Of a stretch of DNA of 64,000 bases, positions 50,856-60,001 are shown piece after piece. The stretch comes from Alphaproteobacteria bacterium (GTDB lineage: Bacteria; Pseudomonadota; Alphaproteobacteria; Rhizobiales; Rhodomicrobiaceae): contig JARRLC010000001.1 in NCBI GenBank assembly GCA_037387425.1, positions 8,753 to 72,752 of the forward strand, given 5' to 3'. The notes beneath the pieces are model-generated. The model was not told the DNA's origin and did not search any database. It saw nothing but the letters and a program-made list of their open reading frames with translations. Made by a program: the position numbers and the translations under genes. Position 1 is the stretch's first letter. Each line of letters opens with the position of its first letter.

Positions 50856-51905
50856 ATGCCGGATAACTCCTCGAACGAAACTTTCACGCCGAATTTGATC
50901 AAAGTTCTCAAAGGAGAGGTTGTCAGCCCGCCACCAATTTGGCTGATGCGGCAAGCCGGGCGCTATCTGCCGGAATATCGCGAAGTACGAGCCAAAGCCG
51001 CTGGCTTTCTCGATCTGTGTTACCGGCCAGACATGGCTGCGGAAGTCACGCTTCAACCGATACGGCGGTTTGGTTTCGATGCTGCAATTTTGTTTGCAGA
51101 TATCCTGGTGGTACCGGATGCATTGGGGCAAAAGGTTGAATTCGAGGAAGGGCATGGGCCGCGATTGGAAGCGGGTACCCCTGAAGAATTGCTTACACGC
51201 CTCAATCCAGCGAAAGCGAATGACAAACTGTGTTCGATATATGAAACGGTTACTCGAATTCGCGAAGCTTTGCCCCGTGAAACAGCGCTCATCGGATTTT
51301 GCGGTGCACCATGGACAGTTGCCACCTACATGATCGCAGGGCGGGGAACGCCCGACCAAGCACCTACGCGTCTTGCGGCTTATCGCGATCCTGACAATTT
51401 TGCGCGGCTTATCGATTTGCTGGCCGATGTATCGGTTGAATATCTGTCCGGTCAGATCGCAGCCGGTGCGCAAACGGTACAAATCTTCGATAGCTGGGCA
51501 GGCGTGCTTGCTGATACTGAATTTCAGCGCTGGGTGATTGAGCCAACGGCGAAAATGGTGGCGCGCCTCAAAGAACGTTACCCGGAGGTGCCGGTTATCG
51601 GTTTTCCACGCGGTGCTGGGATGCTGACAGAGCGGTTCTTGCAGGAAACCGGAGTGGATGGCGTTGGATGCGATACGTCCGTTCCGCTAACAGCTATGCG
51701 CGAAACGATTAGCTCCCATGCGGCGGTCCAGGGAAATCTCGATCCGTTGTTACTTGTTGCCGGAGGGCACTTGTTAGAATCACGTATCAGGGAGATTATG
51801 GCGGCGCTCGAAGGAAAGCGGCATATCTTCAACCTGGGGCATGGGATTTTACCGCAAACACCTATCGAGCATGTCGAAAAACTGGTGAAGCTGGTGCAAT
51901 CATAA
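50856..51905 (+). CDS. hemE: Uroporphyrinogen decarboxylase
   Basis: PIWLMRQAGRYLPEY. ATG 50856 is preferred over the track's TTG at 50838. Confidence 0.95.
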   Translation: MPDNSSNETFTPNLIKVLKGEVVSPPPIWLMRQAGRYLPEYREVRAKAAGFLDLCYRPDMAAEVTLQPIRRFGFDAAILFADILVVPDALGQKVEFEEGHGPRLEAGTPEELLTRLNPAKANDKLCSIYETVTRIREALPRETALIGFCGAPWTVATYMIAGRGTPDQAPTRLAAYRDPDNFARLIDLLADVSVEYLSGQIAAGAQTVQIFDSWAGVLADTEFQRWVIEPTAKMVARLKERYPEVPVIGFPRGAGMLTERFLQETGVDGVGCDTSVPLTAMRETISSHAAVQGNLDPLLLVAGGHLLESRIREIMAALEGKRHIFNLGHGILPQTPIEHVEKLVKLVQS

Positions 51906-51906
51906 A

Positions 51907-52353
51907 ATGACGTGGTACGACTGGTATCCCTATTTCAAAGCTATTCACATCATGGCGGTTCTCGCCTGGATGGCGGGATTGTTCTATTTGCCTCGATTGT
52001 TTGTATATCATGTAAAAGCCAAGCCAGGATCAGAGCTTTCTGAAACATTTAAAATAATGGAGGGGAAACTACTCCGCGTTATCATGTGTCCAGCGATGAC
52101 TGTCTCATGGTTGTTTGGGCTGGCTATTGTTTTTAGTTTTAACGTCGTTGATTTGTATAACGACATATGGTTGCAGTTGAAGCTCGTTCTTGTTTCACTG
52201 ATGACAGTATATCATTTTTATTTGTCGAAGTGGCGAAATGACTTTGCCAAAGACGGTAATATACATACCGAGCGTTTTTATCGGATTATAAATGAAGTGC
52301 CCACTTTACTTATGATAGGAATCGTGCTTCTAGTCATAATACGACCTTTCTAA
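51907..52353 (+). CDS. hemJ: Protoporphyrinogen IX oxidase HemJ
   Basis: 148-aa membrane protein YFKAIHIMAVLAWMAGLFYLPRLFVYH. Its start is 1 nt after the hemE stop. Confidence 0.85.
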   Translation: MTWYDWYPYFKAIHIMAVLAWMAGLFYLPRLFVYHVKAKPGSELSETFKIMEGKLLRVIMCPAMTVSWLFGLAIVFSFNVVDLYNDIWLQLKLVLVSLMTVYHFYLSKWRNDFAKDGNIHTERFYRIINEVPTLLMIGIVLLVIIRPF

Positions 52354-52617
52354 TGTCTTGTGGCGATGTAGAGACGCGCGCCTGGTGTGGTTGGCGTTCA
52401 TTTGCTGTAAATCTGAGACGTGTCTTCTATAAGCCAGAGAATCCGATATTCGTATCAGCCCAAGAGACAGATGATAGCGTGGTCTTGAGTAAAGGCGCGT
52501 GTGTCAACAACCTAGGGCAGAGCCGGTTTTCGTAATGCCTTCCAACCTTGTCAAAGGCGCCTTCCGTAAATAGCGCGCATTTCCATAATCCCCATATAGA
52601 GTTCGGAGTTATACCGA

Positions 52618-53883
52618 ATGCAGGACATGAAACTAGAAGACCTCAAAGCCAAGTCACCAACAGAGCTTATTAGCTTTGCTGAAGAAGTTGAGGTTGAAAA
52701 CGCTAATACTATGCGCAAACAAGAGTTGATGTTTGCGATTTTGAAGCAACTTGCTTCTAAGGATATTGATATTACAGGTGTGGGTGTCGTTGAAGTGCTG
52801 CAAGACGGCTTTGGTTTCTTGCGCTCGCCGGATGCTAACTATCTTCCCGGCCCTGACGACATCTATGTTAGCCCCAGTCAAATCAGACGCTTCGGACTGC
52901 GCACCGGCGATACAGTCGAAGGGCAAATTCGCTCACCGAAAGATGGAGAGCGCTATTTTGCGCTCCTGAAGGTCAACAAGATCAATTTTGATGAGCCGGA
53001 GCAATCCCGCCATAAGATTCATTTCGACAATCTCACGCCGCTCTATCCGAATGAATGGGTGGAGATGGAAGTTCAAAATCCTGAGCTAAAAGATGTGAGC
53101 GGCCGGGTGATTGATATCGTGGCGCCACTCGGCAAAGGGCAGCGCGGATTGATCGTAGCGCCGCCGCGCACCGGTAAAACGGTGATCTTGCAAAATATCG
53201 CGCATTCCATCACCACCAATCATCCGGAATGCTATCTGATTGTGCTGCTAATCGATGAGCGCCCGGAAGAAGTGACCGATATGCAGCGCTCCGTTGATGG
53301 TGAGGTGATTTCCTCCACGTTCGACGAGCCAGCCTCGCGCCACGTACAAGTTGCGGAAATGGTCATCGAAAAGGCAAAGCGTCTCGTTGAGCACAAGCTT
53401 GATGTGGTGATCCTGCTTGATTCCATCACGCGTTTGGGACGCGCCTATAACACCGTAGTGCCGTCTTCCGGCAAGGTGCTGACCGGCGGTGTGGACGCCA
53501 ACGCCTTGCAACGTCCGAAGCGCTTTTTCGGCGCCGCGCGGAATATCGAAGAAGGCGGATCGCTTACGATCATCGCCACGGCGCTAATCGAGACGGGCAG
53601 CCGTATGGACGAAGTTATTTTCGAAGAGTTCAAGGGCACAGGTAACTCTGAACTTGTTCTTGATCGCAAGGTTGCCGATAAGCGTGTATTCCCGGCGATT
53701 GATATTGCCCGTTCTGGTACACGTAAAGAAGAACTTCTTGTTCCCGCACCGCAGCTTAAGAAAATGTTCGTGCTTCGCCGGATTCTCAATCCGATGGGGT
53801 CAATGGACGGCATAGAATTCTTGCTGGATAAGCTGCGCCAGACGAAAAATAATAGCGATTTCTTCGACTCGATGAATACGTAG
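52618..53883 (+). CDS. rho: Transcription termination factor Rho
   Basis: N-terminal [18 protein letters not shown]-binding GFGFLR, Walker [10 protein letters not shown]. Confidence 0.97.
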   Translation: MQDMKLEDLKAKSPTELISFAEEVEVENANTMRKQELMFAILKQLASKDIDITGVGVVEVLQDGFGFLRSPDANYLPGPDDIYVSPSQIRRFGLRTGDTVEGQIRSPKDGERYFALLKVNKINFDEPEQSRHKIHFDNLTPLYPNEWVEMEVQNPELKDVSGRVIDIVAPLGKGQRGLIVAPPRTGKTVILQNIAHSITTNHPECYLIVLLIDERPEEVTDMQRSVDGEVISSTFDEPASRHVQVAEMVIEKAKRLVEHKLDVVILLDSITRLGRAYNTVVPSSGKVLTGGVDANALQRPKRFFGAARNIEEGGSLTIIATALIETGSRMDEVIFEEFKGTGNSELVLDRKVADKRVFPAIDIARSGTRKEELLVPAPQLKKMFVLRRILNPMGSMDGIEFLLDKLRQTKNNSDFFDSMNT

Positions 53884-53924
53884 AGCTTTTCAGCTCAAAC
53901 TTCGGGAATTTCGATCCCAGTGAA

Positions 53925-53960
53925 GATGAGGCCGCCAGATATTAGCGGCCTCATCCTTTT
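53925..53960 (+). terminator. Rho-independent terminator after rho (abuts the stop codon of the convergent ABC gene)
   Basis: GATGAGGCCGC-cagatatta-GCGGCCTCATC followed by CTTTT. Confidence 0.75.
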
Positions 53961-55828
53961 CATAGGGCAACGGCATCGATACCGTTGCCATCATCGTCTT
54001 CTAAAATGAACCCACCCGATTGCCGATGCCAGAGCTGGGCGTAAACGCCGCCCTTGCGTAGCAACTCGTCGTGCGCGCCATCCTCAATCACCTGCCCACG
54101 ATCCATAACGATCAGCCGGTCCATGGCGGCGATGGTCGAGAGACGGTGGGCAATGGCGATCACCGTTTTGCCCTCCATCAGATTGTAGAGCTGCTCCTGA
54201 ATGGCGGCCTCCACCTCAGAGTCGAGTGCGGATGTCGCTTCGTCCAGAACCAGGATCGGCGCGTTTTTCAACAGCACCCGCGCGATGGCTACACGCTGAC
54301 GTTGGCCGCCTGACAGCTTCACACCACGTTCGCCCACACGAGCGTCGTATCCTTTGCGGCCACGCAAATCCACAAGCCCTTGGATGAACTCGTGAGCATG
54401 TGCGCGTTTCGCCGCAGAGATCACCTCCGCTTCGGTGGCGTCGGGCCGCCCATAGCTGATGTTGTCGCGCACCGACCGATGCAGAAGCGAAGTATCCTGC
54501 GTCACCACGCCGATCTGCGAACGCAAGCTATCCTGCGTCATATGGGCAATGTCCTGCCCATCAATCAGGATGCGCCCGCCTTCGAGATCGTGGAACCGCA
54601 ACAGCAGGTTGACGAGCGTTGACTTACCAGCTCCCGACCGTCCGATCAGGCCGATTTTTTCGCCAGAGCGGATTGTCAAGTTGAGCTTTTCCATCAAGCC
54701 GTCTTTCTGGCCGTAATGGAACGTCACGCCATCAAAACGCACCTCGCCATGCGGCACACGCAAATGCTTCGCTTCATTGGCATCCTGCACCATTATTGGC
54801 TTTGAGATGGTCTCCATACCTTCTTGCACCGTCCCGATGTTTTCGAAGATATTCGCCATCACCCACATGATCCAACCGGACATGTTATTGATGCGGATCA
54901 CAAGGCTTACAGCTACGGCGATAGCGCCCAGCGTAATGCTGCCCTGTCCCCACAGCCACAGCGCCAGCCCACAAGTCGCCACGATCAAGGAGCCATTGAC
55001 GATTGTTATCGTGGTTTCATAGATGGTGCTGATGCGCAGCATCTTGTGAAACTCGATCGTATTGTCGTCCATGGCCTCCTTGGCATAGGCGTCTTCCCCG
55101 TGGGTATGCGCGAACAGCTTCACGGTCATAATGTTGGTGTAGCTGTCCACGATCCGCCCGGTAAGAGTCGAACGCGCTTCCGACATGACTGTTGACTGGT
55201 TTTTCATTCGCGGCACGAAATACACAATCGCGCCGATATAGATAGCCAGCCAGATCATCAGCGGAATCGCCAACCTTGGGTCCGCCTGGAAGAACATCAC
55301 CACCGCGCCAGCGGTATACACTGTCACGAACCACAGCGCGTCAACGGCTTGCACCACGCTTCCGCGCAAGGCCTGACCGGTTTGCATGATCTTATTGGCG
55401 ATGCGGCCAGCAAAATCATTCTGGAAGTAGTGCAGACTTTGGCGCAGCACATAACGGTGCGTCTGCCAGCGGATCAAATGAGTGAAGTTTCCTATCACCA
55501 CCTGATTAACGATTATGGCATGCAGGCCGAACAGCAGAGGCCGAGCTATTGCCGCCACCGCTGCCATGGTGAGCAGCAACCCACTGTGATCTCGGAAGAA
55601 ATTTTCCGGTGATGCCGACGACTTCGCCAGATCGACCAGTTGTCCGAGGAAGGCGAACAACGCGAGTTCAACAGCACCCGCAGCAAAACCCATCACAATG
55701 AGTATTGCGAATGCGCCCCAAGCCTGCCTGAGGAAATACCAGAAGAAAGGCGCCAGCCGTTCAGGGGGCTGCTCTATTATTTTATGTTTGTAGGGGTCAA
55801 TAAAAGATTCAAACCAGCGTAACATCAA
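53960..55828 (-). CDS. ABC transporter, fused permease/ATP-binding protein (MsbA-like exporter)
   Basis: Six-TM N-terminal half, Walker A GRSGAGKST, signature LSGGQRQR, Walker B ILVLDEATS. Confidence 0.9.
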   Translation of the reverse strand: MMLRWFESFIDPYKHKIIEQPPERLAPFFWYFLRQAWGAFAILIVMGFAAGAVELALFAFLGQLVDLAKSSASPENFFRDHSGLLLTMAAVAAIARPLLFGLHAIIVNQVVIGNFTHLIRWQTHRYVLRQSLHYFQNDFAGRIANKIMQTGQALRGSVVQAVDALWFVTVYTAGAVVMFFQADPRLAIPLMIWLAIYIGAIVYFVPRMKNQSTVMSEARSTLTGRIVDSYTNIMTVKLFAHTHGEDAYAKEAMDDNTIEFHKMLRISTIYETTITIVNGSLIVATCGLALWLWGQGSITLGAIAVAVSLVIRINNMSGWIMWVMANIFENIGTVQEGMETISKPIMVQDANEAKHLRVPHGEVRFDGVTFHYGQKDGLMEKLNLTIRSGEKIGLIGRSGAGKSTLVNLLLRFHDLEGGRILIDGQDIAHMTQDSLRSQIGVVTQDTSLLHRSVRDNISYGRPDATEAEVISAAKRAHAHEFIQGLVDLRGRKGYDARVGERGVKLSGGQRQRVAIARVLLKNAPILVLDEATSALDSEVEAAIQEQLYNLMEGKTVIAIAHRLSTIAAMDRLIVMDRGQVIEDGAHDELLRKGGVYAQLWHRQSGGFILEDDDGNGIDAVAL

Positions 55829-56068
55829 GGTCGCTCCTGCCGCAAAATTATTGGATAAACTGAGCTATTTTCAGTTTACGCGGCAAGGGCGAAGCGAATT
55901 GCTTTCGCTATTTAAGGCCGCGTTTTAGATGAAAATTGGTCGTACTTTCATCAAGTTTGCCTTTGGTTGTTGCTGGTGTGTGAAAGCTTGGCGCTTTCTC
56001 GCAAATATATATGACTACTCGCGCAATACTGCCTAGTCGCAGACGTTGCCAGTAACACCGTAAATGTG

Positions 56069-56386
56069 TCAAAAATTTGACACTACGGCTTTGCCCATCA
56101 TGACGTCCAAGGTTTCCTGGATATTTTCAGCGGAATAGGTGATGTTCTTGGCCGCGAAATCAGACAAAACCTTACCGATAACGTCTTCGTCTCCGATCTT
56201 CTGGAAATCGGATTTGACGACGTCTTTAGCGTAAGCATCCGCTTCTTCTTGGGACATGCCCATTTTTTCGGCAGCCCAAAGCCCAAGCAATTTGTTGCGC
56301 CTTACAGTCGCCTTGAAGCGTAAGTCCTGATCGAGTGTGAACTTTTTCTCAAACGATTTTCTTCGCTCGTCGAATGTAGTCGGCAT
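56069..56386 (-). CDS. DUF1476 protein = F1-ATPase inhibitor zeta subunit family
   Basis: MPTTFDERRKSFEKKFTLDQDLRFKATVRRNKLLGLWAAEKMG.... From memory this resembles the Paracoccus zeta subunit (MTTFDDRERAHEAKFAHDAEL.FKA.ARRN.LLG.WAA). Confidence 0.8.
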   Translation of the reverse strand: MPTTFDERRKSFEKKFTLDQDLRFKATVRRNKLLGLWAAEKMGMSQEEADAYAKDVVKSDFQKIGDEDVIGKVLSDFAAKNITYSAENIQETLDVMMGKAVVSNF

Positions 56387-56510
56387 ACGGTTTTCTCCAA
56401 CGATAATCAGACCAATGACATCTGTCTAAACATATAGTTACGGCGTTCGCCAGCGATAAGAGGGGATAGCGCAAAATCTATCGTGTCGAGGTCGCAAGCC
56501 CAAGCTAAGC

Positions 56511-57587
56511 CTAAGCCTTAGCGGATAAAGCGCGCGCCAACACCTTTTGCATCACGGAGGGAAGCGCCTCGCCATCAAGCCGGTTGCGTGGCATCCATTG
56601 GCAGCTCTGAGGCGCAGGCGTGTGCTGCGGCAAGGCATCGGCGCGGTATACGCTAAGCCGCAAATGAAAATGCGTGAATGTGTGGGTGACTTCGCCCGGC
56701 ATGAGACGCCACGCGCCCGCAAGTGGGGTTTGGCTGAGCGCATCGGCTGGTTCTGTGGGCATCTCTGTCCATTCCGTGCCCGGCGTCTCCAGCATACCGC
56801 CGAGCAACCCCTTTGGCGGACGCCTACGCAACAACACCGCTCCATCCTCGCGGATAGCCACGAACGCCACGCCAATCCGTACCGGACGTTCCGGCTTTGG
56901 CGATCGCGCGGGCAACGCGGCGGCGATCCCTTGCGCATAGGCGGCGCAATGACGTGCCAGCGGACATTCCGCACACAGCGGCGTGCGCGGCGCGCAAATG
57001 GAAGCTCCCAGGTCCATCATGGCTTGCGCGAAATCGCCCGGACGTTTCCGTGGCGTGAGCTCAGCCGCCAGCCGACGGAGTTCGGCTTTTGCACCCGGTA
57101 ACGGTGCTTTCACCGCAAAAAGCCGCGCAACCACGCGTTCCACATTGCCGTCCACCACTGTGGCGGGCAGTCCAAACGCGATGGCTGCAATTGCGGCAGC
57201 CGTATATGGGCCGATGCCTGGCAGCGTGTGCAAAGCGGTTTCATCCGCCGGGAAACGGCCATCGTGCTGCGTGGCCACTTCGCGCGCGCAGGCATGCAGG
57301 TTGCGCGCCCGCGAGTAATAGCCGAGCCCGGCCCAGGCGGCGAGCACGTCGTTCAGATCAGCGCGGGCGAGCGCATCCACCGTGGGCCAGCGCGCCACGA
57401 ACGCCTGGAAATAGGGAATGACGGCCTTCACGGTCGTCTGTTGCAGCATAATTTCAGATAGCCACACGCGGTACGGATCGACGGGGACGGAGGACGCTCC
57501 CGGCGGTGCACGCCACGGCAATTCCCGCGCCGCGCCATCATACCACTTGAGCAAATCGCGGACGACCTTCGATGGCGACAATGTCAT
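56511..57587 (-). CDS. mutY: A/G-specific adenine DNA glycosylase MutY
   Basis: HhH-GPD region LPGIGPYTAAAI, 4Fe-4S Cys cluster CAPRTPLCAECPLARHC, and a NUDIX-like C-terminal domain. Confidence 0.92.
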   Translation of the reverse strand: MTLSPSKVVRDLLKWYDGAARELPWRAPPGASSVPVDPYRVWLSEIMLQQTTVKAVIPYFQAFVARWPTVDALARADLNDVLAAWAGLGYYSRARNLHACAREVATQHDGRFPADETALHTLPGIGPYTAAAIAAIAFGLPATVVDGNVERVVARLFAVKAPLPGAKAELRRLAAELTPRKRPGDFAQAMMDLGASICAPRTPLCAECPLARHCAAYAQGIAAALPARSPKPERPVRIGVAFVAIREDGAVLLRRRPPKGLLGGMLETPGTEWTEMPTEPADALSQTPLAGAWRLMPGEVTHTFTHFHLRLSVYRADALPQHTPAPQSCQWMPRNRLDGEALPSVMQKVLARALSAKA

Positions 57588-57593
57588 GCCGTT

Positions 57594-59258
57594 TCAGGCG
57601 TTGGCTTTAGCGCCCGATGCTTTTGACTTCGCTTTCGCTTTTGCTTTCGGTTCCGCTTCTGCGGTTTCCAGTCCCAGCGTGCTTGCGATCATCGCCCGCG
57701 TCTCGGTGATGCCGTACAGCTCGACGAACGACCCGAAGCGCGGCCCTTGGCTCTGCCCCAGAAGCACCTCGTAAAGCGCCTGGAACCATGCGCGGAGCGG
57801 CTCGAAGTTGTGCGCCTTCCCCACCGCGTACACCTCGTTTTGAATGATTTCAGCGGAAGCGTCGGCAGAGAGCGCCCCGAATTTTTCGTAAAGCTCAACC
57901 ATTGCGGCGCGTTCTTCATCGGTTGGCGCACGGTATTGCTTGGCAGGCTTCACGAAGTCGTGGAAATAGGCGATGGCGTAGCCCACCAGCCGATCAAGCT
58001 CAGCGTGAGTTTCCGGCGTCGCACCCGGCATATAGCGGCGGATGAAGCCCCACAGCACGCTCTTATCCTCAGAGTTCGACGCGCTGACAAGGTTGAGCAG
58101 CAAGTTAAAGCTCACCGGCATATCAACGCTAGGCACTTTACCAGAGTGAATATGCCAAACGGGATTTGCCAACTGCCGCTCCGGTGTTTCTTTCGCGTAA
58201 TTACTGAGGAATGTCAGGTATTCGTCAACGTTCTTCGGGATGATGTCAAAGTATAGGCGCTTCGCTGTGCGCGGCTTCTGGAACATGAATAACGAAAGAC
58301 TTTCCGGTGTGGCGTAACGCAGCCATTCATCTATCGTGAGCCCGTTGCCTTTGGACTTGGAAATTTTCTCGCCTCTGTCATCCAGGAAAAGCTCGTAATT
58401 GAAACCTTCCGGCGGCGTACCGCCCAGCGCGCGGCAAATCTTTGAAGACAGCGTTACGGAGTCGATAAGATCCTTACCCGCCATTTCGTAATCGACGCCA
58501 AGTGCGGTCCAGCGCATCGCCCAGTCGGCCTTCCACTGGCATTTTACGTGCCCGCCAGTAACCGGGGTCTCCACCTTCTCGCTGGTCTCCGGATCGATAT
58601 AGACGATCGTGCCTTTCTTCGGATTGCGCTCGACCATCGGCACTTGCAGCACCTGCCCTGTGCGCGGACAGATTGGCAGAAACGGCGAGTAGGTTTTGCG
58701 ACGCTCCTCTCTCAAGGTCGGCAAGATGATCTGCATCACCTTGTCGTAGACCTCAAGCATCCTGAGAAGCGTTTCGTCAAACACGCCGGCCTTGTAGCAA
58801 TCCGTCGCTGACTGGAATTCATAGTCAAACTCGAAACGGTCGAGGAACTTCCGCAGCCGCGCGTTATTATGCGCGCCGAAACTTGGATATTCGTTCGAGA
58901 ATGGGTCAGGGATGCTTGTAACCGGCTTGCCGAGATTGGCGGTCATCATCTCTTTGTTGGGCACGTTCTCGGGCACTTTGCGCAGCGCGTCCATATCGTC
59001 GGAAAAGCTAATCAGGTGCGTTTTCTCGCCGGTCAGCACTTCGTAGGCGCGCCGCACCATGGTTGTGCGCGCCACCTCGCCAAACGTTCCGATATGAGGT
59101 AGGCCGGACGCGCCAAAGCCGGTGGAAAACAGCATTGCGCCATCGCCGCCACGTTTGGATTTCTTCTTCGAGCGCTCCACAAGTTTGCGTGCTTCCTCGA
59201 ATGGCCAAGCCTTACTGGCACTGGCCGCTTCCATCCAATCGCGGTCCGTCGTCGTCAT
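57594..59258 (-). CDS. lysK: Lysine--tRNA ligase, class I
   Basis: Class I motifs LPHIGTFGE (HIGH-like) and [11 protein letters not shown] (KMSKS-like). 554 aa with a Lys/Ala-rich C-terminal tail. Confidence 0.92.
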   Translation of the reverse strand: MTTTDRDWMEAASASKAWPFEEARKLVERSKKKSKRGGDGAMLFSTGFGASGLPHIGTFGEVARTTMVRRAYEVLTGEKTHLISFSDDMDALRKVPENVPNKEMMTANLGKPVTSIPDPFSNEYPSFGAHNNARLRKFLDRFEFDYEFQSATDCYKAGVFDETLLRMLEVYDKVMQIILPTLREERRKTYSPFLPICPRTGQVLQVPMVERNPKKGTIVYIDPETSEKVETPVTGGHVKCQWKADWAMRWTALGVDYEMAGKDLIDSVTLSSKICRALGGTPPEGFNYELFLDDRGEKISKSKGNGLTIDEWLRYATPESLSLFMFQKPRTAKRLYFDIIPKNVDEYLTFLSNYAKETPERQLANPVWHIHSGKVPSVDMPVSFNLLLNLVSASNSEDKSVLWGFIRRYMPGATPETHAELDRLVGYAIAYFHDFVKPAKQYRAPTDEERAAMVELYEKFGALSADASAEIIQNEVYAVGKAHNFEPLRAWFQALYEVLLGQSQGPRFGSFVELYGITETRAMIASTLGLETAEAEPKAKAKAKSKASGAKANA

Positions 59259-59443
59259 GATATTTTGCCTAAGTCAATGTGGGAGCAACCATTGCGCCCG
59301 AGGAAACCTGACCGTAATGGTCATGCTGCAACGCGTCAATTCACCCTCAATGCAGTTTTCCCGCTCTTCTGGGGTTGATCACGGCGTTAGAATCCATAAC
59401 AAAGAGATTGGTGCACGGAAGCCACATTAAAAGGATCAGCCGT

Positions 59444-59854
59444 ATGACTTCACAGCCCTCCATTCAGGAAACTCTAATATATACCATGGTGACTATGTCG
59501 GCGGTTGACCAGATCATCTCCGACAATGAACTGAGCAAGATCGGTTCAATCGTTAGCCAATTGCCGGTGTTCGCGTCGTTTGACCTGGATCACCTTGTGA
59601 AAACAGCGGAAGCCTGCGGCGAAATCCTCAGCGACGACGACGGGCTGGATAATATCCTCCATACCATAGCGCAGTCGTTACCGAAGCGCTTCCACGAAAC
59701 CGCCTATGCGCTCGCGGTGGAAATCGCCGCCGTGGACCGCGATGTGAGCAACGAGGAAATCCGCTTCTTAGAGTTGCTTCGCGATGCGCTCAAGCTCGAC
59801 AAGCTGACGATAGCCGCCATTGAACGCGGCGCGCGCGCCCGGCATCAGGTATAG
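59444..59854 (+). CDS. TerB-family (tellurite-resistance-like) protein
   Basis: MTSQPSIQETLIYTMVTMSAVDQIISDNELSKIG...AVEIAAVDRDVSNEEIRFLELLRDAL. This is the TerB-type pair of D-x-x-E helical repeats. ATG 59444 has AAAGGA upstream. Confidence 0.75.
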   Translation: MTSQPSIQETLIYTMVTMSAVDQIISDNELSKIGSIVSQLPVFASFDLDHLVKTAEACGEILSDDDGLDNILHTIAQSLPKRFHETAYALAVEIAAVDRDVSNEEIRFLELLRDALKLDKLTIAAIERGARARHQV

Positions 59855-60001
59855 CTGCGTTGGCGGAAGCACCTGAATATCAAAGCTATTATTGCGTCGC
59901 GATGCGATTGGCTGATCTGTTGCCGGAGCTTATGCGATAATGTAATAAGAAGACTATGAGTTCTCGCGTGTGTGTTCAGGGGCATTTCATAGGTTAGCCT
60001 T

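Noticed and set aside
56066-56083. Perfect 8+8 palindrome GTGTCAAA-aa-TTTGACAC at the 3' end of the zeta-subunit gene.
   Set aside because: It overlaps the last four codons and the stop codon. The stem is AT-rich with a 2-nt centre and no T-tract. It is more likely coincidental or a weak 3' hairpin than a distinct element.
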